Positions 57,283-64,000 of a stretch of 64,000 nt of DNA are shown here, piece by piece; the stretch's first letter is position 1; each line of letters starts with the position of its first letter. The notes under the pieces were generated by a model. It did not search any database, was not told where the DNA came from, and worked only from the letters and a program-made list of their open reading frames with translations. The translations under genes were made by a program, and so were the position numbers. The stretch comes from Candidatus Pyrohabitans jungbluthii (GTDB lineage Archaea; Hydrothermarchaeota; Hydrothermarchaeia; Hydrothermarchaeales; BMS3B). The stretch covers positions 384,001 through 448,000 of the forward strand of contig MTMD02000002.1 in the NCBI GenBank assembly GCA_002010065.2. Direction: 5' to 3'.

Positions 57283-57572
57283 ACCCCTATCAACCCCAGA
57301 TCCCAGATGCCCCACAGAATGGCGATTAAGCCGGCGATGCGCAGCGCAGCCTCTGCCATGCTCTTCCCGACAAAGATTATCACCAGACCTATAACCACTG
57401 GGAATATCGCTTCCAGGTTTATCGCAAAGCCGCTCAGGTAGTATTTCACCCCTCCGATGAGAATGAAGCCCACGCCTATGATGTTGAGAATCATGCCCAC
57501 AACGCGGGGGGCGATGAGTATAAGCACGAGACCAATGGCAATTTTAATCAGAGGCTCTGCTCCCAGGTTCAT
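57279..57572 (-). CDS. Small membrane protein
   Basis: 97 aa, almost entirely hydrophobic helices, with an internal duplication (IGLVLILI / IGLVIIFV). Confidence 0.65.
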   Translation of the reverse strand: MNLGAEPLIKIAIGLVLILIAPRVVGMILNIIGVGFILIGGVKYYLSGFAINLEAIFPVVIGLVIIFVGKSMAEAALRIAGLIAILWGIWDLGLIGV

Positions 57573-57651
57573 GTATATATTTTTTCCTGCGGGGGAGTTA
57601 AATAGCTTTCGCAGGACAAGCTTTATTAGCCACCCTGCGAATACCCTTGCG

Positions 57652-58401
57652 ATGATTGAGGCAGAGTTTCTGATTGAAGCTCAGGGTAACGATAGGGATG
57701 CCGTAGCCAGGTCGCTTCGCGAGCTGGAGGAGAAGATAAAGGCTGAAGATGGGGTCAGGCTTCGCAAGGCGGAGTATGGTGATGTGGTGAAGGAGGAGCT
57801 GTTCTACTCTGCGGTTGCCGAATTTCAGTTGGAATTTGCTAACCTTCAGAGCTATCTCAATGCGGCGATAAGGTATGGTCCCTCCGCGATATACGTGCTC
57901 AGCCCGGAGAGGCTCACCCTCACCGCAGAGGAATTTCTCCTAACCCTTGGTGAGATAATCAAGCTGGCGCGGAAGTTTTACCAGAGCTACCACGTGGGGT
58001 TTGAGTTTGAGCCAGAGGAAGAGGTGAGCGTTGGTATCGAGGATTACGAGATAGAGGAACTGCTTAAAGAGGGAGCGATTCACGTCAAGCTCGTTGCTGA
58101 GGTCATGGCTGAGAGCGAGGCAGAGGCGGTGAGAATCCTTGTGGGGGATATTAAAGATGAGGCACCGGTAAATAAGGTGAAGAGCACCTTTAATGAGGAG
58201 AGCGGAGCCTACCTCGTTGCAGTGGATGCTTTCGCCTTGGATGCGAGGGCGCTGTTTAGCATAGCACTGCGCCATGTCCCTGTGCTCATAGAAATCCTTG
58301 AGCCAAAGGAGATAACACTGAGCATGCTCGACCTTCAGGACATTGCCCTCGACATCGCAGGTGTGTTTTTTGAAGCCTCTCAAAGGCTGGCGCTGAGCTG
58401 A
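57652..58401 (+). CDS. Hypothetical archaeal protein with two similar halves
   Basis: AIRYGPSAIYVLSPERLTL vs ALRHVPVLIEILEPKEITL; start moved to ATG 57652. Confidence 0.7.
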   Translation: MIEAEFLIEAQGNDRDAVARSLRELEEKIKAEDGVRLRKAEYGDVVKEELFYSAVAEFQLEFANLQSYLNAAIRYGPSAIYVLSPERLTLTAEEFLLTLGEIIKLARKFYQSYHVGFEFEPEEEVSVGIEDYEIEELLKEGAIHVKLVAEVMAESEAEAVRILVGDIKDEAPVNKVKSTFNEESGAYLVAVDAFALDARALFSIALRHVPVLIEILEPKEITLSMLDLQDIALDIAGVFFEASQRLALS

Positions 58402-58439
58402 GCCAAAAGGTTAAATATGGCAACGCCCACCTCAGTGGC

Positions 58440-59708
58440 ATGGAAGCTCTTCTTAAAAGGCTGGAGGAGCATTTTAGGAGGAAGGAGTGGAAGGAGCTTG
58501 AGGAGGTGAGCAGTGAGCTACTTGCCTCCAACCCAGAGGGTAAGCTCAAGGCACTGGCAGAGGGTTTTAGAAGCTATGCACGCGCGAGGCAGGAGAGTGA
58601 GCCCGCGAAGATAATTCCCGAGCTTGAGAGAGCTGTGTCCGCCTTTAAAGGTGTGGACGAGCTTTTGTACTCGATGGCAACTACAGAGAGGCTCCTGCTT
58701 CTCTCTGTCTTTGATGAGGCTAACAGGGGGCGGCATCTCAAGGCTCTGGGGGAGTTCTCCCTCAATCGCTTCATGAGAACCCAGAGCGAGGGCGACATTC
58801 GGCTTGCGATTGAGGCGCTGGAGCGTGCAAGAGAGCACCTCACGGGGAGAGAGCTTGCGGAAGCTGAGCTCAACCTCACCTTCTGCTATGGGTGCTGCGC
58901 GGCGGTCAGCGATAATCCAAAGCGCGAGTATGAGAGGGTGATAAGTCTATGCGAGGAGCTGGAGGAGCGCTACCAAGAGGACAAAGCCACGCTTGCAAGG
59001 CTCAGGATGAACCATGCAACAGCACTTCAGAGCCTTGCGCAAGTCTCGGGCTCAGAGGCGGTGGCGCTGCTTGAGAAGGCAGCTACATTAAGCCGCGAGG
59101 CAGCTGACATTTTCAGTGAGCTTGGTGCGAAGGTTGAGGAGGTGAGGGCGCTTCAGAGCCTTGCGAATATCTACAGGGACGCTGCAACCCTGGCAGAGGA
59201 GGGCGAGGGCTACCTTGAAAGGTTTATTAAGGTTAAGAAGGAGATAGCAAAGCTCTTCAGCGAGGCTGAGTACACAGCAAAGGCTGCCATTGAGGAGCTT
59301 GAGGCAGGCGTGGCAAGGCTTGAGCTCGCAGCCAAGCGTGGGGTGAGGGCTGAGATTGAGACAGCGCTTAAGGAGATTGCAAAAGTGTCAGAGGTCTTCA
59401 GGGAAGAAGGTCTTAAGGAGGAGCTTGCACATTCCCTCGCTGCTATGGGCGCTGCTTACAGGAGCCTCGCATCCTTCAGCGACGACGCAACGGAGCTTCT
59501 CGGCAGAGCGGTTGAGAGTTACGGGGAAGCGATAGGCATATTCTCGAGGAGTGGGAAGCAGGCATACCTTGGCGCGGCGAAGGCGGCACTCGCACAGGTT
59601 TACCGTGACTTAGCTGCGCTCTCCTCAGACGCCGCCCATAAAGAAAAAGCTGAGAAGCTTGAGAGAGAAGCAAGAGAAATCCTTGAGCAGAGCAGTAAAA
59701 ATGAATAA
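58440..59708 (+). CDS. TPR-like alpha-helical repeat protein
   Basis: Repeated A...LA..YR.LA helices. Confidence 0.7.
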   Translation: MEALLKRLEEHFRRKEWKELEEVSSELLASNPEGKLKALAEGFRSYARARQESEPAKIIPELERAVSAFKGVDELLYSMATTERLLLLSVFDEANRGRHLKALGEFSLNRFMRTQSEGDIRLAIEALERAREHLTGRELAEAELNLTFCYGCCAAVSDNPKREYERVISLCEELEERYQEDKATLARLRMNHATALQSLAQVSGSEAVALLEKAATLSREAADIFSELGAKVEEVRALQSLANIYRDAATLAEEGEGYLERFIKVKKEIAKLFSEAEYTAKAAIEELEAGVARLELAAKRGVRAEIETALKEIAKVSEVFREEGLKEELAHSLAAMGAAYRSLASFSDDATELLGRAVESYGEAIGIFSRSGKQAYLGAAKAALAQVYRDLAALSSDAAHKEKAEKLEREAREILEQSSKNE

Positions 59709-59728
59709 AAACAGAAGAAAGAGAGGGT

Positions 59729-59929
59729 TTACTTTGCAGCCAGCTTTATATCGCTCGCCTTAACGGTCTTCCTGCCAGCATGCTTTGCAAGGGCACCTGC
59801 CTCTCTGGCTATCTCGGTGCCTATTTCCTCAAGAATTTCCGCAAGGTACTCTGCAGCATCCCTGCCAACACGCAGTCCTGTTGCATTTCTTATTATCCTG
59901 TCGCACGCAGAAATAGGTAGTTCACCCAT
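59729..59929 (-). CDS. Archaeal histone (HMf family)
   Basis: MGELPI...RIIR...RV..DA...[18 protein letters not shown]. Confidence 0.95.
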   Translation of the reverse strand: MGELPISACDRIIRNATGLRVGRDAAEYLAEILEEIGTEIAREAGALAKHAGRKTVKASDIKLAAK

Positions 59930-60261
59930 TATATCACCTCTTTTTTGAAATTTTTATACATTTTCCCGACTGTTCTGTGTAAACCTTATTATATATAAAT
60001 CTTACTGTGGTTATACGTCAAGAAGTCGATTCTTTCAGGCAATCAGATTTTTACGGAGAAGGGTTAGCACCCTTATTTACCAGTTGTGATGAGCTTCGGG
60101 TTCCATGAGCCCCTTCTCGAATCGTTGAGGCAGCGCACATAGTGCTACCACTTACAAGTATAATCTTTTTTAATCATAAATACTATGTGCGGAAAACCTT
60201 TGGTGGTTCAGCATCAGAATGTGTCCGCTAAAATTAAATACCCCCGCTTCCACTCAAAATC

Positions 60262-61299
60262 ATGGAATTCGTTGAAGGCGTGGTAGAAGCGCTGAAACGC
60301 CCTGAGGCTTATCCCCACGAAGTGAGGAGCATAACCCTCATTCAGACCCACATCTCCTTCGTGTTTCTGACGGGAGATTATGTATATAAGGTGAAGAAGC
60401 CCGTGGATTTTGGCTTTCTGGATTTCACCACCCTTGAGAAGCGCCGCTACTACTGCAACGAGGAGATTCGGGTTAACCGTGCCCTTGCAGGTGAGCTATA
60501 CTTAGGCGTTGTTCCAATAACGCGCGATGATAAGGGTGAAATTAAGGTGGAGGGCGAGGGTGATGTGGTGGAGTATGCGGTTAAGATGGTGCAGCTCCCC
60601 CAAGAGGCGATGATGAAGTCCCTCCTCGAGAGGGGCGAGGTTCAGCTAAGCGATGTCAAGGAGATAGCTGCGAGAGTGGCGAAGTTTCACGCTGGTGCTG
60701 CGAGGGGTGCTGAGATTACCCGCTGGGGGGCCTACGAGCAGGTGGTCAAAAACTGGGAGCAGAACTTCGAGCAGACAGCGCAGCTCAAGGCCAAAGAGGT
60801 TGATGAGCAAGAGTATGAGACCCTTGAGACGAGGGTGAGACGCTTCCTCAGAGAGAAAGAGGAACTTTTCAGGGCTAGAGAGAGGGCGGAGAAGATACGC
60901 GAATGCCACGGCGACCTGCACAGCGGCAACATATTTATCGTGAGAGAGCCGGGAAAGCTGTACCGCGAGGGGATTTATATTTTTGACGCCATAGAGTTTT
61001 TTAAGGGCTTCAGCTGCAGCGATGTGCTCGCTGACGTTGCCTTCTTCGCCATGGACCTGGACTTCCACCGTAGGCAAGAGCTTAGCGAAGCCTTTGTCGA
61101 GGCTTACGTCGCTGCGAGTGGGGAGAGCTTTCCCGAGGAACTCCTGGAGTTCTACAAGTGCTACCGCGCCTTTGTGAGGATGAAGGTGGAGAGCTTCAAG
61201 CTTTTTGATGCCCATGTAACAAAAGAGGAAAAGGAAGTAACGCGGAAGTTGGTGGAAGAGTACTTTAACCTCGCCTGCCGCTACGCCTCGCAGCTTTAG
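60262..61299 (+). CDS. Aminoglycoside-phosphotransferase-like kinase-fold protein
   Basis: IQTHIS.VFL, YKVKKPVDFGFLDFTT, ECHGDLHSGNI, FDAIEF. Confidence 0.85.
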   Translation: MEFVEGVVEALKRPEAYPHEVRSITLIQTHISFVFLTGDYVYKVKKPVDFGFLDFTTLEKRRYYCNEEIRVNRALAGELYLGVVPITRDDKGEIKVEGEGDVVEYAVKMVQLPQEAMMKSLLERGEVQLSDVKEIAARVAKFHAGAARGAEITRWGAYEQVVKNWEQNFEQTAQLKAKEVDEQEYETLETRVRRFLREKEELFRARERAEKIRECHGDLHSGNIFIVREPGKLYREGIYIFDAIEFFKGFSCSDVLADVAFFAMDLDFHRRQELSEAFVEAYVAASGESFPEELLEFYKCYRAFVRMKVESFKLFDAHVTKEEKEVTRKLVEEYFNLACRYASQL

Positions 61300-61801
61300 T
61301 TCTGCTCCTTATGTAGCGCATAATCTCGGCAAGGTTCTCCTCCAGAGGGTTGCTGGTGTCCACTATAACCCGAGGTCTCTGCAGAGGCTCAAACTGGTCG
61401 CGTATCTTCTTGTACACCTCGAAGTCGGCGTCGGTGGGAATGTTCTTCTTTTTTGCACGCATCTCCATCCTCTGCTTAACTACCGCCTCAGGAGCGCAGC
61501 ACTCCACGATTATGAGCTTTGTTTTCATCGCCTTTGCGAGCTGGTAAACGCGCTCACGCAGACTGCGCTTGTAGAAGGTTCCGTCGAGGATTACGTTCCT
61601 CTCTGCTCTTAGAAGGTACTCTGCTATTAGGAAGGTTACCCTGTAGACAAGCTCCTTCTCTTCCTCCGTGTACTTCGGCTCAGGGAAGAGCTGTTTACGT
61701 ATTACGTCGGTGCGCAGCACAGTGGCGCGAAGCCTTCTCGCCAGGTGCATGGCGATGGTGCTCTTTCCGGTGCCGGGTAAGCCTGCGATTAGCACCAGCA
61801 T
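61265..61801 (-). CDS. P-loop kinase (AAA_33 / gluconate kinase-like)
   Basis: GLPGTGKST, TDVIRK, VILDGTF. Confidence 0.85.
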   Translation of the reverse strand: MLVLIAGLPGTGKSTIAMHLARRLRATVLRTDVIRKQLFPEPKYTEEEKELVYRVTFLIAEYLLRAERNVILDGTFYKRSLRERVYQLAKAMKTKLIIVECCAPEAVVKQRMEMRAKKKNIPTDADFEVYKKIRDQFEPLQRPRVIVDTSNPLEENLAEIMRYIRSRTKAARRSGRRG

Positions 61802-61890
61802 GGGGTAAAATACGCGAAGGTGTTATAAAAAGGCTTCCAGCGGTAACTATATAACTCTCCCCCACCCACTTTCTAATTCTGGTGCATTGA

Positions 61891-62943
61891 ATGCGGATAT
61901 ACTTTGTAAGCAATGGCTTCGGCTACGGGCATGTGAGCAGGGATGTGGAGCTTGCGAAGGCGCTGCGCGAGCGCGGGCACGAGGTGATCTTCTCCACCTA
62001 CGGCGATGGCTTGGTATTCCTGCGCAACTATGACTTTGAGGTAATCGAGGTGGAGGAGTTCGGCGAGGTCTCTTTTACCTCGACTGAGATTGAAGTCTTC
62101 AAGACGGTGCTCAACACGCTGCGCAGCGTTAAGCCGGGTATGCTCCTCGAGGCGAGGCGCATACTGCGCGACGTTTCGCCTGATGTGATGGTCGTCGATG
62201 GTTACGTGCCTGCGATGGTCTCGAAGATTCTGCGCTCATGGCGCAAGATGCGGATTTTTCTTATAACCAACGAAACAATACAGTGGAAGAAGCTGGAAGG
62301 CAACCTCAGCTTACCTATAAAAAAGCTGGGCGAGGTTGCAGAGGCTGCGCTTGTGTACCTCGCAGATGAGATAATAGTGCCCGACTTTCCGCCGCCCTAC
62401 ACGGTTTGCCTGGAAAACCTCGCCTTCTATGACCAGAAGCGCAAATTCCACTTTGTTGGTCCCATGCTTCCGGAACTCGAGAGCAGGGGCGAGGGGAAGG
62501 TAGTGGTGAACTTTGGCGGCTCTGGTGTGAATCCAGACGTTACCGAAGCTCTCTCTAAAGCAGAGGAGATTCTCGGCGAAAGTTTTATTGTAGCCAAAGG
62601 AATGCGCCGCGAGCGCTACCTGGAGCACCTTTCGCGCGCTCGTGTGCTGATAACCCACGGCGGGCACAACAGCATAATGGAGGCAATAGCGTGCGCCAAG
62701 CCTATAGTGGGCATACCAATTAAAAACTACCCCGAGCGGGAGGGTAACCTGCGCGGGGTTGAGAGGCTCGGCGTGGGGAGGATGCTGGATGCGGAGTGGA
62801 TAACCGGAGATAGCCTTGCTACGGCGATACAGGAGGTCTCCCTTCCAGAGTTCAGGCGTCGCCTTGATATTTTCAGTGCCCTCGCCAGGCGCACCAACGG
62901 CGTGGCGAAGGCTGTTGAGATAATTGAGAATGGGACGCACTAG
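61891..62943 (+). CDS. GT-B glycosyltransferase (MurG/MJ1255-like)
   Basis: GFGYGHVSR, VPDFPPPYT, ITHGGHNSIMEA. Confidence 0.85.
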   Translation: MRIYFVSNGFGYGHVSRDVELAKALRERGHEVIFSTYGDGLVFLRNYDFEVIEVEEFGEVSFTSTEIEVFKTVLNTLRSVKPGMLLEARRILRDVSPDVMVVDGYVPAMVSKILRSWRKMRIFLITNETIQWKKLEGNLSLPIKKLGEVAEAALVYLADEIIVPDFPPPYTVCLENLAFYDQKRKFHFVGPMLPELESRGEGKVVVNFGGSGVNPDVTEALSKAEEILGESFIVAKGMRRERYLEHLSRARVLITHGGHNSIMEAIACAKPIVGIPIKNYPEREGNLRGVERLGVGRMLDAEWITGDSLATAIQEVSLPEFRRRLDIFSALARRTNGVAKAVEIIENGTH

Positions 62944-63953
62944 CCGCGCTCCTGCACGAAGCGAGGAACAGCGTCTTTGAGAGGGTCGAAGCGCTCTATG
63001 TTTTTAATGTACATGCACTTCATGCTCACCTTGCTGTGCAGCGAACTTGGCAGGCGGAGGATGCGCTTTACATCGACGGTAACCTTTGCGTCAAGCATCT
63101 CAGCGTTAATTCTACGCACCAGCTCTAAGAACTTCGCAAAACCAGTGCTTCCCAGGATTTCCTTGAGGGTGGTAAACTTCGCCTCCTCCAGCTCGTTCGC
63201 CACCCTTCTAAGCATCTTGGGGTTGAGAAGGGCATCAGCACGCTTTAGGCTAATGCCTCCGCTGCGCAGGGTTTCAAGGTTGAGCAGAGACAGCAAGCGC
63301 AGCACGCGCATGCGGAAGACGCGCGGGTAGCCGCGGCGAAGCTCCAAAAGTTCGGGCTCAGGTATCACTCCTCCCGCAACGTAGTCCAAGAGGCTCCCCC
63401 TCTCTGGGCTCTGCATATGCAGCACATCCTTGTCGAGCACGCGCAGGTGGTACCCCCTGCCTGAGTACACGAAGTGAAGCTCCTTCAGGGCGAAATCCTC
63501 ACGAAGTATCTCTGCGACTTCGATAATGTACTCCTTGGCTTCGCCTAAGCAGAGTTCGCACACCTCTCCAGGCGAGCATGAGCAGGGGCGAAGAGGCAAG
63601 TCCTTGGCATCGACGTCAAAAACCAGCTCCGCGCCTAACCAGCCCTCTCGCTTCTCAGGCCTCTCATAGAAGGAGATGCTTGCATACGCTGCATAGGGTG
63701 CTGCGTTTATGAGCACGCCCTCAAGCTGGGTCGGTGTTGAGATTCGATTGTAGCGGTCGTTTGGTCCCTCACCACGGTGGTCAAAGCCGAACTCCCGCTG
63801 CGCAATCGTCGCAAGAATGAACTCCGGCACATCGTTCAGCTTCCACTCCTCGCGGTAGTAGCGTCGTCGCTCCTCAAGCGTAGCCTCGCGGAAAACTTGC
63901 AACTCTCTTCGAGAGTTGCTTCGATTTCCCTCACTGGCGTTCGGGAAATGCAT
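62940..63953 (-). CDS. priS: DNA primase small (catalytic) subunit
   Basis: REFGFD, ELVFDVDAKD, Zn motif C.C...CELC, YSGRGYH, D..RILRLPSSLH. Confidence 0.95.
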   Translation of the reverse strand: MHFPNASEGNRSNSRRELQVFREATLEERRRYYREEWKLNDVPEFILATIAQREFGFDHRGEGPNDRYNRISTPTQLEGVLINAAPYAAYASISFYERPEKREGWLGAELVFDVDAKDLPLRPCSCSPGEVCELCLGEAKEYIIEVAEILREDFALKELHFVYSGRGYHLRVLDKDVLHMQSPERGSLLDYVAGGVIPEPELLELRRGYPRVFRMRVLRLLSLLNLETLRSGGISLKRADALLNPKMLRRVANELEEAKFTTLKEILGSTGFAKFLELVRRINAEMLDAKVTVDVKRILRLPSSLHSKVSMKCMYIKNIERFDPLKDAVPRFVQERG

Positions 63954-64000
63954 CACTTATCCTCCTTGGCGAAGCGCTTTCTGGTGTAGTAAACTAGGGG
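63953..64000 (-). CDS. priL: 3' end of probable DNA primase large subunit (partial)
   Basis: PLVYYTRKRFAKEDK* overlapping the priS start (TGATG); PLxYY is typical of the PriL C-terminus. Confidence 0.55.
   Translation of the reverse strand, partial: PLVYYTRKRFAKEDK

Noticed and set aside
1-64000. CRISPR arrays, tRNA or rRNA genes, IS elements
   Set aside because: No regularly spaced repeats, cloverleafs, rRNA-like tracts or transposase ORFs were seen; intergenic gaps are short and mostly accounted for.

Overview
This is archaeal chromosomal DNA. Evidence: an HMf-type histone, gatDE, mfnA, dph5, trm5, priS/priL, the oapABC cluster and a K-loop H/ACA RNA. It looks euryarchaeal, but the lineage cannot be fixed from the sequence alone. 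Most of the window is GC-rich housekeeping and metabolic genes (argG, argH, ppsA, nfnAB-like, metVF, gdhA, nadE, hxlB, glmS, thiL). The standout is an ~18 kb minus-strand locus (about 25349-43502) between nadE and hxlB with the architecture of a polymorphic toxin system. Two large secreted scaffold/adhesin-like proteins are translationally coupled to a 1188-aa secreted protein that has a Cys-less transglutaminase-like core, a conserved ...DP(A/T)TGAxAWM...I(N/H)GGS junction and a variable, probably membrane-active C-terminus. This is followed by an AT-rich 4-TM immunity-like gene and three more truncated orphan-toxin + immunity pairs. The locus has recombination scars: a 50-bp direct repeat around the first immunity gene, and a terminal TGase fragment whose end joins exactly onto the start of the first orphan cassette (circular permutation). 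Other oddities: a two-hairpin H/ACA guide RNA with predictable rRNA targets, a bacterial-type Tgt, a CysRS paralog lacking its anticodon domain, an apparent ACG start codon on oapC, and two unannotated 42-aa Zn-finger ORFs. All calls come from reading motifs by eye; no database searches were run.
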